A stretch of DNA of 64,000 nt from Isosphaera sp. (GCA_013822085.1 PNJV01000001.1:27658-91657); one strand, 5' to 3'. Counted from the first letter of the stretch, positions 38,044 to 47,413 are shown. Notes: generated by a model from the letters alone, not told the origin. Program-made: numbers and translations.

Positions 38044-41000
38044 ATGCCAGTGCACCGAATCGAAGTCGCCCCCGCGCCCGGCCGAGCCGACCCACGCGGC
38101 CAGGCCGCCCAGCGTCAGGCCGTGGCGCTTGGCCTGAGCCCCTCGGCCGTGAGCACCGCGCAGGTCTACCTGCTCCAGGCCGACCTGAGCCCGGGCCAGC
38201 TCGACGCGGTCCGAGCGCACCTGCTGACCGACCCGGTCACGGAGCGGTCGGTCGTGGGGGCGGCCCCCGCTGCCGATGGCGCCGTGACCGTCGAGGTCCA
38301 CCCGCTGCCTGGGGTGATGGACCCCGCGGCGGCCTCGGTGGAGCTTGCCGTGCGCGAGCTGCTGGGCGTGGACGCCGCAGCGGCCACCGGCCTGCGCTAC
38401 GACGTGTCCGGGCTGACGCCCGAGCAGGCGGCGGGGCTGGCGCGGCGCGCCCTGGCCAACCCGGTGATCCACCGCGTCACGTCGGGGCCGTTCCACCCGG
38501 CGGCCTTCCCGCGCGGCTCGGCGCGCACCGAGGACGCGGGCCCGGTGGCCCTCCGGTCGGCCGGCGACGACGACCTGGCGGCGCTCTCGCGTCGGGCCCA
38601 CCTGTTCCTCTCGCTTGAGGAGATGCGGGCGGTGCGCGAGCACTTCGGCGCCCTGGGCCGCGACCCGCGGCCGATCGAGCTTGAGACCATCGCCCAGACC
38701 TGGTCCGAGCACTGCGTCCACAAGACGCTCAAGAGCACGGTCCGGTACACGCCCGCCCCGGGGCACGCCGAGGGGGTCATCGACTGGGCCAACCGCCCCG
38801 GGCACGAGGTGCTGGCCGACGGCTCGGTGGTGATCACCAACCTGCTCAGGTCCACCGTCGCTGCGGCAACCCACGAGCTGATCGCCGACGGCGTGGACTG
38901 GACGCTCTCGGTCTTCTCGGACAACTCCGGCGTGATCGCGCTGGACGACCGCTTCGGCGTGTGCGTCAAGGTCGAGACGCACAACCACCCCTCGGCCATC
39001 GAGCCCTACGGCGGGGCCGCCACGGGGATCGGCGGGTGCATCCGCGACGTGATCGGCACCGGCCTGGGTGCGCAGCCGGTCGCCAGCACCGACGTGTTCT
39101 GCGTGGCCCACCCCGACTCGTTCTGGCACAGCGAGGGGGCCGAGCCCGGCGCCGACGCGCCGGCCCGGCCGGGCCAGGTGCGCTTCATCGACGCTGCGCG
39201 CCGAGCGCCCGGGCCGCTCCCGCCGGGGGCGCTCCACCCGCGGCGCACGCTGACGCAGGCCGTGGCCGGGGTGCGCGACTACGGCAACCGCATGGGGATC
39301 CCCACCGTCTCGGGCGCGGTGTCGTTCGACGACCGCTACGTGGGCAACCCGCTGGTGTTTTGCGGGTGCGTGGGGCTCATCCGGCGCGAGCTGGTGCGCG
39401 GCAGCGCCCGGCCCGGCGACCGCGTCGTGGCCCTGGGCGGCCGCACGGGGCGCGACGGCATCCACGGCGCCACGTTCTCGTCGACCGAGCTTGAGCACTC
39501 CTCGGCCGACGAGTTCGCCCACGCCGTGCAGATCGGCAACGCCATCACCCAGAAGCAGATGCTCGACGCGGTGCTGCGCGCCCGCGACCACGCCCAGGGC
39601 CCGCTCTTCCACGCCATCACAGACTGCGGCGCCGGCGGCTTCTCCTCGGCCGTGGGCGAGATGGGCGCCGCCCTCGGGGCCGAGGTCCACCTGGACCGCG
39701 CGCCGCTCAAGTACCCCGGCCTGACGCACACGGAGGTGTGGATCTCCGAGGCCCAGGAGCGCATGGTCCTGGCCGTCCCGCCGGCCGGCCTCGACGCGCT
39801 GCGGCGGATCTGCGCCGAGGAGTCGGTCGAGTTTGCCGACCTCGGCCACTTCGGCACCCCCGGCCAGGAGCTGGTGCTGCGCTGGCACGGCGCCGAGGTC
39901 GGGCGCCTCTCGATGCGGTTCCTCCACGAGGGCATCCCCACGCCCACGCGCCACGCCGCGTGGCCCCCCGACCCCCCCACCCCCACACCCACCCCCCCAG
40001 CCCCCACCCGCGCCCCCGAACCGCACGCCACCACGGCCCCCCCACTCGCGGCCGCCAGCGCGCCCGCGGCGCCCGCCCGGGCGGCCACACGACCGCACCC
40101 CAAGGACGCGCTGCTGGAGCTCCTGGGTCATCCCAACATCGCCAGCAAGCACTGGATCATCCGTCAGTACGACCACGAGGTCCGCGGCGCGACGGTCCTC
40201 AAGCCGCTGGTCGGCCGGCTCGGCCGGGGGCCCGGCAACGCGTCGGTGATCGAGCCGGTGCCCGGCTCGGGGCGCGGCGTGGCGATCTCGCAGGGTCTCC
40301 AGACCGGCGTCGGCGACCCGGCGGTGGGCGGCGACCCGTACCTGATGGCCCTGGCCGCCGTCGACGAGTGCGTGCGCAACCTGGTCTGCTGCGGCGCCGA
40401 CCCGGCCCGGATCGCCATCCTGGACAACTTCTCCTGGCCCTCGTGCGCCAAGCCGGCCAACCTGGGCGCGCTGGTGCGCGCTGCCGAGGGGTGCTACGAC
40501 GCGGCCAAGGCCTACCGCACGCCCTTTGTCTCGGGCAAGGACTCGCTCAACAACCAGCTCAAGTACACCGACCCGGCCACGGGCCAGGCTCGCGTGATCG
40601 AGATCCCCTTCACGCTGCTCATCACCGGCCTGGGGATCGTGCACGACATCGCCACCTGCGTCACGTCCGACGCCAAGTCCCCCGGCAACGCCCTGGTGAT
40701 GATCGGCCGCACGGACGTGGGCGTGGGCGGCTCGCACATCCAGCACGTCGTGGGCGCCGGCGCGCTGGCCGCGGCGCTGCCGCCGGCGGCTGCGCGCGTG
40801 CCGGTCACGGACCTGCGCCTGGGCCCGGCCTCGGCGGGGCTGGTCGCCCGGCTGATCGCGCGCGGCCTGGCCCAGAGCGCCCACGACGTCTCCGACGGCG
40901 GCATGCTCGTGGCTCTGGCCGAGATGCTCATCGGCGGGCAGGCCCCGGGCCGCCCGGTCGGCGCTGAGCTGACACTCGGCGACGACTACGCCGACCCGCT

Positions 41001-41214
41001 GATCGCGTTCTTCGGCGAGTCGCCCAGCCGGTACCTGATCGAGGCCCGGCCGCAGGACGTGGGGCAGATCAAGGCCGAGGCGGCCGCCGCGGGCGTGGCG
41101 GCGACGGTGGTGGGCTGGTTCAACGACTCGGGCCTGCTCACGGCCCCCGCCGAGGGGCTCTCGGTGCTGGTGGCCGACGCGGCGTCGGTCTGGCTGCGCC
41201 CGCTCGACTGGTAG
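38044..41214 (+). CDS. purL: phosphoribosylformylglycinamidine synthase subunit PurL with two N-terminal PurS-like modules
   Basis: ATG at 38044. WSEHCVHKT and ETHNHPSAIEPYGGAATG (PurL core). N-terminal 170 aa has two PurS-like units ending LLTDPVTE and LANPVIH. Pro/Thr/Ala linker around 39964-40100. Confidence 0.85.
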   Translation: MPVHRIEVAPAPGRADPRGQAAQRQAVALGLSPSAVSTAQVYLLQADLSPGQLDAVRAHLLTDPVTERSVVGAAPAADGAVTVEVHPLPGVMDPAAASVELAVRELLGVDAAAATGLRYDVSGLTPEQAAGLARRALANPVIHRVTSGPFHPAAFPRGSARTEDAGPVALRSAGDDDLAALSRRAHLFLSLEEMRAVREHFGALGRDPRPIELETIAQTWSEHCVHKTLKSTVRYTPAPGHAEGVIDWANRPGHEVLADGSVVITNLLRSTVAAATHELIADGVDWTLSVFSDNSGVIALDDRFGVCVKVETHNHPSAIEPYGGAATGIGGCIRDVIGTGLGAQPVASTDVFCVAHPDSFWHSEGAEPGADAPARPGQVRFIDAARRAPGPLPPGALHPRRTLTQAVAGVRDYGNRMGIPTVSGAVSFDDRYVGNPLVFCGCVGLIRRELVRGSARPGDRVVALGGRTGRDGIHGATFSSTELEHSSADEFAHAVQIGNAITQKQMLDAVLRARDHAQGPLFHAITDCGAGGFSSAVGEMGAALGAEVHLDRAPLKYPGLTHTEVWISEAQERMVLAVPPAGLDALRRICAEESVEFADLGHFGTPGQELVLRWHGAEVGRLSMRFLHEGIPTPTRHAAWPPDPPTPTPTPPAPTRAPEPHATTAPPLAAASAPAAPARAATRPHPKDALLELLGHPNIASKHWIIRQYDHEVRGATVLKPLVGRLGRGPGNASVIEPVPGSGRGVAISQGLQTGVGDPAVGGDPYLMALAAVDECVRNLVCCGADPARIAILDNFSWPSCAKPANLGALVRAAEGCYDAAKAYRTPFVSGKDSLNNQLKYTDPATGQARVIEIPFTLLITGLGIVHDIATCVTSDAKSPGNALVMIGRTDVGVGGSHIQHVVGAGALAAALPPAAARVPVTDLRLGPASAGLVARLIARGLAQSAHDVSDGGMLVALAEMLIGGQAPGRPVGAELTLGDDYADPLIAFFGESPSRYLIEARPQDVGQIKAEAAAAGVAATVVGWFNDSGLLTAPAEGLSVLVADAASVWLRPLDW

Positions 41215-41262
41215 CCGCTGCGTCGCTCACGCCCCGGGCCCGCGCCGACCGATCTCCCCGGC

Positions 41263-41868
41263 GTGAGCCACCCGACCAGCCCCGCGCCCGCTGCGCAGCG
41301 GCACCCGATCAACACGCCGCCGACGCGCCTGCTTGCCGGTTCCAAGCCCGACCGGGTGATCGTGGCCCGCCGCGTGCTCGGCATCGACCCGGGCACGCGG
41401 GTCGCCGGGTACGCCTGCCTGGAGCGCCCCGCCACTGGTCGCGCAGCTGCGCCCGGCGGCGCGGGCGCGGTGATCCTCGAGGCCGGCGTGTGGCGCCTGG
41501 ACGCCTCGCGCGGCGTGCCCGACAGGCTGGTGGAGCTCGAGGCGGACATGTCCCAGGCGATCGAGAGGCTGCGGCCCGAGGCGGTGGCCGTCGAGGCGCT
41601 CTACTCGCGCCCGAAGAACGTGGCGACGGCGATCGTCATGGCGCACGCGCGCGGGGTGATCCTGCTGGCCGCGCGGCGGGCCGGGCTGCCGGTCATCGAG
41701 CTGCGCGCCACGCAGGTCAAGAAGTCCCTGACCGGCTCGGGGCACGCGGCCAAGCACCAGATGCAGCGGGCGGTGCAGAGCGCCTTTGCGCTGGCCGAGC
41801 CCCCGAGCCCGCCGGACGTGGCCGACGCCATCGCTGTGGCGCTGTGCGGGCTGAACCGCGCGGCCTGA
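41263..41868 (+). CDS. ruvC: crossover junction endodeoxyribonuclease RuvC
   Basis: VLGIDPGTRVAGYA, VAVEALYS, DVADAIAVALC. The 35-aa N-terminal extension may be non-native, so the start is uncertain. Confidence 0.8.
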   Translation: MSHPTSPAPAAQRHPINTPPTRLLAGSKPDRVIVARRVLGIDPGTRVAGYACLERPATGRAAAPGGAGAVILEAGVWRLDASRGVPDRLVELEADMSQAIERLRPEAVAVEALYSRPKNVATAIVMAHARGVILLAARRAGLPVIELRATQVKKSLTGSGHAAKHQMQRAVQSAFALAEPPSPPDVADAIAVALCGLNRAA

Positions 41869-41882
41869 GCGTCCGCCGGCGC

Positions 41883-43103
41883 TTAGGCGCCCATGAGCGA
41901 GACGACCGTGTCGATGCCGCGGTCGAGGTCGCCGTCGGGCGCGGCCAGCGAGATGCGCACGTGGGTGTCGCGCGTCGAGAAGACCCCGCCGGGGATGATC
42001 ACCACGCCGCGCGCCGCTGCGGCCTCGCAGAACTCCCTGCCCGACATCCCGAGCCGCTCGGGCACGCGCGGGAAGACGTAGAACGCCCCGCCGGGCGTGA
42101 CCACGTCGGTGACGCGGCGCAGGCGCTCCAGGGCGCGGTCGCGGCGGGCCTGGTAGCGGGCCACGGTGGCGCTCACGTCGGTGCCGAAGGCCCCGAGCAT
42201 GGCCCACTGGAGCGGCGTCGGGGCGCACACGTAGGTGTACTGCTGGATCTTGGTCAGCTCCTCGATCAGCCGCGTGGGCCCGGCGACGTACCCCAGCCGC
42301 CAGCCGGTCATGCCGTAGGTCTTGCCGAAGCCGCGCACGACCAGCACGTCGCGCTGGGCGTCGGGCAGGCGGGCGGGGCTCGGGCAGCGCGTCAGGCCGA
42401 AGGCCCCCAGCGCGGCCAGGTCCCCGGCGGGGCGCTCGGTGCGGGCCTGGGCGAAGGTGAACTCGTCGTATATCTCGTCGGAGATCAGGAGCACGTTGCG
42501 GCGGCGGCACAGGTCCAGCAGCTGGGCGCAGTGCTCGGACGATGCGACGGCCCCGGTGGGGTTGCCGGGCGTGTTGAGCAGCACGGCCTTGGTGCGGGGC
42601 GTGATCAGCGGCTCGACGCGCTGGGCGGTCATGACAAAGTCCGGGTAGGTGTCGCAGAGCACGGCCCGGGCGTCGCAGAGCGTGGCCGCCTGCGGGTAGA
42701 GCACGAAGTACGGGTCGGGGATGATGATCTCGTCGCCCGGGTTGAGCAGGGCCATGTAGGCGTTGGTCAGGGCGCCGCTGGTGCCGGTGGTGACGATCAC
42801 GCTGCTGGGCGTGGGCGTGCTGGCCGGGCCGATCACGCCGCAGTCCCAGCCCAGGTCGGCGCGGATGACCGCGGCCAGGGCCTCCTGGAGCTCGGGCACG
42901 CCCTGGTTGGGTGTGTAGCCGTTGCGGTCGGCCAGGATCGCCTCGACGGCGGCGGCCTTGACGCGCGGGTCGACGGCGAAGTCGGGCTGGCCGATCGAGA
43001 GGTTGATCACGCCCGGCCGGCTGCGCGCCAACGCCGAGAACCGCCGGATGCCCGACCAGTCCAGGGCCCTGGAGCGGTGCGCGATGAGGCGGTCAATGTC
43101 CAT
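41883..43103 (-). CDS. class I/II PLP-dependent aminotransferase (aspartate aminotransferase-like)
   Basis: INLSIGQPDF, YTPNQGVPELQ, PLP-lysine block VRGFGKTYGMTGWRLGY. Confidence 0.85.
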   Translation of the reverse strand: MDIDRLIAHRSRALDWSGIRRFSALARSRPGVINLSIGQPDFAVDPRVKAAAVEAILADRNGYTPNQGVPELQEALAAVIRADLGWDCGVIGPASTPTPSSVIVTTGTSGALTNAYMALLNPGDEIIIPDPYFVLYPQAATLCDARAVLCDTYPDFVMTAQRVEPLITPRTKAVLLNTPGNPTGAVASSEHCAQLLDLCRRRNVLLISDEIYDEFTFAQARTERPAGDLAALGAFGLTRCPSPARLPDAQRDVLVVRGFGKTYGMTGWRLGYVAGPTRLIEELTKIQQYTYVCAPTPLQWAMLGAFGTDVSATVARYQARRDRALERLRRVTDVVTPGGAFYVFPRVPERLGMSGREFCEAAAARGVVIIPGGVFSTRDTHVRISLAAPDGDLDRGIDTVVSLMGA

Positions 43104-43200
43104 GCGCGGCGCCTGGGGGTCTGGCGGGGCGAGCGACTGGCGGGGCCTCCCCGCTGGCGGGGGTACGGGGGCGAGCGGGGGTGGCGGGTGGTTGGGGGGA

Positions 43201-43362
43201 TCAGGCCTTGCCGACGCGCGTCTTGGGGATGCCCAGGGCGCCGTTCTTGGCCGGGTCGATCTTGCGATCGGCTGCGAGCTTGGCGATGCGCTCGGCGCGC
43301 GTCAGCACGCTCCGGGTGCCCGCCATGCCGGCCGAGACGCGCAGGGAACGATCGAGGCTCAT
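43201..43362 (-). CDS. small basic protein (53 aa)
   Basis: MSLDRSLRVSAGMAGTRSVLTRAERIAKLAADRKIDPAKNGALGIPKTRVGKA. AAAGGA lies upstream of the ATG at 43362. Resembles the small basic protein family I recall from Chlamydiae/Verrucomicrobia/Planctomycetes. Confidence 0.6.
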   Translation of the reverse strand: MSLDRSLRVSAGMAGTRSVLTRAERIAKLAADRKIDPAKNGALGIPKTRVGKA

Positions 43363-43487
43363 CGCAGGTCCTTTCTCATCTGCGGCGGGGCACTCCCCGC
43401 CGGGCCGAGATGATAGACACCCCGCCCCGCCTTGTGCCACACCGCGGCGAGACGCGCGGCGGGGGGGCGCGTCGGCGGATCGATCGG

Positions 43488-44456
43488 TCAATCCACCTTG
43501 TCGAAGAAGACATCGGCGAAGCTGGTCGGCGCGGTGCGGTCCTGGGCCCTCCAGGCCCGGCCAAAGCCCTGGACGCTGGCCCGGAGGCGCTCGGTCTCGG
43601 CGCTGGCGGACTTGAACTGGCCCGACGTGAAGCCCTTGAGCACGTAGACGCAGTACCACGGCTTGCCGTCGATCGTCCGCCGGACCATCAGCGAGGGCAC
43701 GCCGACGGTGTTGAGGTGCTCGGCGCAGCGGGCGGCGTCGGTCTGGCGGGCCATCTGCGCAGCGACCAGGTAGTTGAGCCCGGGCTGGAGCGAGGTGGTC
43801 CAGGTGCCCACGTCGCCCGGCTGGGATGGCACGCCGGTGGGCCCGGCTTGAGCCGGTGCGCCGCTGCCGCTCTTGCCCGTGCCGCTGTTGCTGCCCTGGC
43901 CGGGGGTGAGGTTGGGATTGGGGGTGTCGCTGGGGCGCGGGTCGATGATCTGGCTGGGCTGGGCGCGGTCGGTCGGGTCGGCCGAGAGCGCCGCCTGGCC
44001 CAGGCCCTGGAAGGTCGTGGCGACCTCCTCGCGGCCCTGACGACGCCCGAGCAGGTGCCCGCCAACAAACGCCAGCGCCGCCACCACCACCAGCGCCCCG
44101 AGCGAGACGAGCAGGTACCGGCGCGCGCGGTCGTCGAGTCGGCCCAGCAGCCGGCCCACCACCGCCACGCCGGGGACGCCGCCGGACCGGGCCTCGGCCA
44201 AGTCCCGCCCCACCCCGAGGGCGTCGGGCGTGGCCGCCGATGCGGGCAGGGTCACGGACTTGAGCTCGCGCAGGACCGCCGGGTGCAGCGACCCCTCGGG
44301 CGTTGGGGGCGTGGCCTTGCCCGGCTCGGGCGTGAGGGCGCCGTTGTCGGCCGGCCCGAGCGGCCGGTTGCGGAGCACTTCGATCAGGGCGGGGGCCCCG
44401 CGCTTGCGGACCATGGAGACGGAGTTTACGCGCACCGACGAGCCATTGACCTGCAT
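43488..44456 (-). CDS. membrane-anchored protein with C-terminal SPOR-like domain
   Basis: One TM (YLLVSLGALVVVAALAFVGG), low-complexity Pro/Ser/Gly linker, and a C-terminal block (GLNYLVAAQMARQTDAARCAEHLNTVGVPSLMV...YCVYVLKGF) like a SPOR peptidoglycan-binding fold. The start could be 44414 instead. Confidence 0.55.
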   Translation of the reverse strand: MQVNGSSVRVNSVSMVRKRGAPALIEVLRNRPLGPADNGALTPEPGKATPPTPEGSLHPAVLRELKSVTLPASAATPDALGVGRDLAEARSGGVPGVAVVGRLLGRLDDRARRYLLVSLGALVVVAALAFVGGHLLGRRQGREEVATTFQGLGQAALSADPTDRAQPSQIIDPRPSDTPNPNLTPGQGSNSGTGKSGSGAPAQAGPTGVPSQPGDVGTWTTSLQPGLNYLVAAQMARQTDAARCAEHLNTVGVPSLMVRRTIDGKPWYCVYVLKGFTSGQFKSASAETERLRASVQGFGRAWRAQDRTAPTSFADVFFDKVD

Positions 44457-44477
44457 GGGCGCTCCGTATGCTTGGGC

Positions 44478-45023
44478 ATGGCCATCCCCGAACAGGACCT
44501 CATCCGCATCGCCTCCAAGCCCATGAATCGGCTCGAAGCGGTCTACCTCCCGGAGGTTTTCAAGGGCTTCGGCGTCACGCTGCGGCACTTCTTTACGTCG
44601 TTTGGTCAGGGCAAGACCAGCCGAACCATGCAGTATCCCGAGGAGCGCCGCGAGCACCTGCCGGTGGAGCAGGGCGGCATGGAGCCGAGGAACTTCCGCG
44701 GCGTCCACCGCCTCAACCGCGACGAGCGCGGGCGCGTCAAGTGCGTGGCCTGCATGATGTGCCCGACCATCTGCCCCGCCCGCTGCATCCACATCACCGC
44801 CGCTGAGAGCCCCTGGGACGACCGGGAGAAGTACCCGGCCAAGTTCGAGATCGACGAGCTGCGCTGCATCTTCTGCGGCATGTGCGAGGAGGCCTGCCCG
44901 GTCGACGCCATCGAGCTGACCACCGAGTACGACGTCGTGGGGCTCTCGCGCCAGGAGATGGTCTTCGACAAGGAAAAGCTGCTCAAGGTCTACGACGTGA
45001 CTATCAGCAAAAAGCCGATGTGA
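44478..45023 (+). CDS. nuoI: NADH-quinone oxidoreductase subunit I-like 2x[4Fe-4S] protein
   Basis: ATG at 44478 inside the long ORF 41490..45023. TMQYPEERRE, RGVHRL, CVACMMCPTICP and CIFCGMCEEACP cluster motifs. Confidence 0.8.
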   Translation: MAIPEQDLIRIASKPMNRLEAVYLPEVFKGFGVTLRHFFTSFGQGKTSRTMQYPEERREHLPVEQGGMEPRNFRGVHRLNRDERGRVKCVACMMCPTICPARCIHITAAESPWDDREKYPAKFEIDELRCIFCGMCEEACPVDAIELTTEYDVVGLSRQEMVFDKEKLLKVYDVTISKKPM

Positions 45024-45119
45024 CAGCCGCGCCTGCGCGCAGCCGCGAGCGGCGGCGCGTCGGCGGAGCTGCCGCGGCGCGCGACCAACGCCCGCGCACC
45101 GGGCGCGTCCGTGTCAAGA

Positions 45120-45147
45120 TTGTGTGATGATCACGCTGGGGTAATGG
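45120..45147 (+). promoter_or_regulatory. possible sigma-70-type promoter overlapped by an 11-bp palindrome
   Basis: TTGTGT (45120-45125)-N16-TAATGG (45142-45147). The palindrome GTGATgATCAC at 45124-45134 lies in the spacer. This is an AT-richer island about 95 nt upstream of the ATG at 45240. Confidence 0.3.
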
Positions 45148-45239
45148 CCCGCCCGCTGAGCTGCGCGGCCGTTGTCCTACGCTCGGCGACGCGCGGTCGG
45201 GCCGGCCGGTCGGTCCCCGCGCCCAGCGGGAGGTCAGCG

Positions 45240-47357
45240 ATGCACGGATCGATCAGCGTCAGGGCGTGGCGTGCGGCAGCGGGCATCGTCGGCCTGACGC
45301 TGGCCGCGTCCTGGGCCTGGGCCCAGCCGGCCCCCGAGCCCCGCCCCGCAGCCCCGGCCCAGCCGGCGCAGGTGGTCACCGGCACCCCCCAGCCCGACGA
45401 GGACATCCTCGACGCCGAGGCGCCCAACCTCATCCACCAGCGCCACAAGCACGCCTGGGGCAAGAAGCACCCCACCGAGTCGGCCACCGCGGCCCGCTTC
45501 CTGACCAACCGCAAGAGCCAGGTCGCGCTGCCGCTGCCCGCCGAGCGCGAGGCGTTCTCGTTCGTCGTCTTCGGCGACCGCACCAGCGGCCCCGATGACG
45601 GCGTCAACGTCCTGGCCGACGCGGTGCGCGACGTGAACCTCCTCGAGCCCGACATGGTCCTGACCGTCGGCGACCTGATCCAGGGGTACAACACCACCAC
45701 GCCGTGGCTCGAGCAGATGCGCGAGTACAAGGCCATCATGTCCCAGCTGGTCATGCCCTGGTTCCCCGTGGCCGGCAACCACGACGTGTACTGGCGCGGC
45801 CCCGATCAGCCCAAAGCCCAGCACGAGGAGAACTACGAGCTCCACTTCGGCCCGCTCTGGTACGCCTTCGAGCACAAGAACTCCTGGTTCGTCGTGCTCT
45901 ACAGCGACGAGGGCGACCCGGCCACCGGCGAGAAGGGCATCAACCGCCCCGAGCTCCAGCGCATGAGCCAGGCGCAGTTCGACTGGCTCAAGGAGATCCT
46001 GGCCAAGGCCAAGGACGCCGACCACGTCTTCCTCTTCCTGCACCACCCGCGCTGGCTCGGTGGCAATTACGGCTCCGACTGGGACAAGGTCCACACCGAG
46101 CTGGTCAACGCCGGCAACGTCACCGCGGTCTTCGCCGGGCACATCCACCGCGCCCGCTACGACCCCAAGGACGGCATCGAGTACGTCACCCTGGCCACCA
46201 CCGGCGGCTCGAACCAGGGCACCGTCCCCGAGGCCGGCTGGCTCCACCACTACCACGTCGTGACCGTCCGGCCCGACCAGGTCGCCCTGGCCGCCTACCC
46301 CGTCGGCGAGGTCCTGGACGTGCGCGAGATCACCGGCGAGCTGGCCGACCAGGCCGCCGAGCAGGCCACCGTGGCCCTGACCCCCGACGCGCCCCTTGCC
46401 TTTGACACCTCCGGCGCCGTCAGCCAGCGCCTCTCGCTTGTGTACCCCAACGTCACCACCCGGCCCATCGACCTGACCGTGACCCCCGACTCCCTCGACC
46501 CGCGGTGGGTCATGTCGCCCGACCACAACCACGCCCGCGTCAAGCCCGGCGAATCGGCCACGTTCACCTTCGAGCTGCGCCGCTCCCCCGGCCTGATCGA
46601 CCAGTACCTCCGCGGCGCCGAGCTTGTCATCAACGCCGAGGTCCTCATGCCCGGCCACCGCTACACCCTGCCCGAGCGCCGCCAGCGCGTCGGCCTGGAC
46701 GTGTCGCGCCTGCCCCAGCGGCCGGCCGCCGAGCCCTCGGCCGACGCCGCCCTGCGGCTCGACGGCGACGACGCGCTCCTGCTCGACGGCGTCTCCCTGG
46801 GCGAGGGCCCCCTGACGGTCGAGGCCTGGGTCCGCGCCGACCGCTTCCCCCGCCGAGCGACCGTCGTCGCCAAGGGCAACCGCGAGATGGCCCTCTTCGC
46901 CGGCGAGGGCACGCCGGGCTTCTCGCTGGCACTGGGCCAGCGCAGCGTCTTTGTCCGCGGCCCGGAGCGGTCGCTCACACCGGGCGCGTGGCACCACATC
47001 GCGGGCGTCTACGACGGCGCCGAGGCCCGCGTCTACGTCGACGGCGCACTCGTCGGCAAGGAGCCGGCGACCGGGGCGCGGCGCGCCGGCGGGGCACCCA
47101 TCGTTGTCGGCGGCGACGTCGGCCGTGGCGGGGCCGCTAACGGCGACTTCGTCGGGGCCATCGACGGCTTCCGCATCACCCGCGCGGCGCTCTATTCGGG
47201 CAACTCCTTCCGCCCGGAGCGCAGGCCCACCAACGTGCCCGGCACCGCGGCGCTCTCGAACTTCGACGCGCTCTTTGCCGACGGCGTCTGGGGCGAGGGG
47301 CCGACCATGCTCATCGCCCCGCTGGTCGGCAACGCCACGCTCTCCCCCGCCAACTAA
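45240..47357 (+). CDS. exported calcineurin-like metallophosphoesterase with C-terminal LamG/concanavalin-like domain
   Basis: ATG at 45240 with GGGAGG upstream and a signal peptide ending AWAQP. FGDRTSG, VGDLIQG, VAGNHD, LHHPRW, AGHIHR. The C-terminal LTVEAWVRADRF...WHHIAGVYDG...VYVDG is LamG-like. Confidence 0.8.
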   Translation: MHGSISVRAWRAAAGIVGLTLAASWAWAQPAPEPRPAAPAQPAQVVTGTPQPDEDILDAEAPNLIHQRHKHAWGKKHPTESATAARFLTNRKSQVALPLPAEREAFSFVVFGDRTSGPDDGVNVLADAVRDVNLLEPDMVLTVGDLIQGYNTTTPWLEQMREYKAIMSQLVMPWFPVAGNHDVYWRGPDQPKAQHEENYELHFGPLWYAFEHKNSWFVVLYSDEGDPATGEKGINRPELQRMSQAQFDWLKEILAKAKDADHVFLFLHHPRWLGGNYGSDWDKVHTELVNAGNVTAVFAGHIHRARYDPKDGIEYVTLATTGGSNQGTVPEAGWLHHYHVVTVRPDQVALAAYPVGEVLDVREITGELADQAAEQATVALTPDAPLAFDTSGAVSQRLSLVYPNVTTRPIDLTVTPDSLDPRWVMSPDHNHARVKPGESATFTFELRRSPGLIDQYLRGAELVINAEVLMPGHRYTLPERRQRVGLDVSRLPQRPAAEPSADAALRLDGDDALLLDGVSLGEGPLTVEAWVRADRFPRRATVVAKGNREMALFAGEGTPGFSLALGQRSVFVRGPERSLTPGAWHHIAGVYDGAEARVYVDGALVGKEPATGARRAGGAPIVVGGDVGRGGAANGDFVGAIDGFRITRAALYSGNSFRPERRPTNVPGTAALSNFDALFADGVWGEGPTMLIAPLVGNATLSPAN

Positions 47358-47379
47358 CCCCCCACCTCGCCCCTTGACC

Positions 47380-47408
47380 CCTCCGCGCCCCACTGGCGCC
47401 CGCGGAGG
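47380..47408. terminator. 8-bp GC hairpin between convergent genes (weak terminator candidate)
   Basis: cctccgcg-N13-cgcggagg. The loop contains a nested gcgcc/ggcgc pair. There is no T-tract on either strand. Confidence 0.25.
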
Positions 47409-47413
47409 CCGGC

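Noticed and set aside
41490-44477. Upstream 2.9 kb of the 1177-aa plus-strand ORF that ends as nuoI.
   Set aside because: Only the last 181 codons (from ATG 44478) look like a real protein. The rest is antisense to ruvC's neighbour, the aminotransferase, the small basic protein and the SPOR-like gene.
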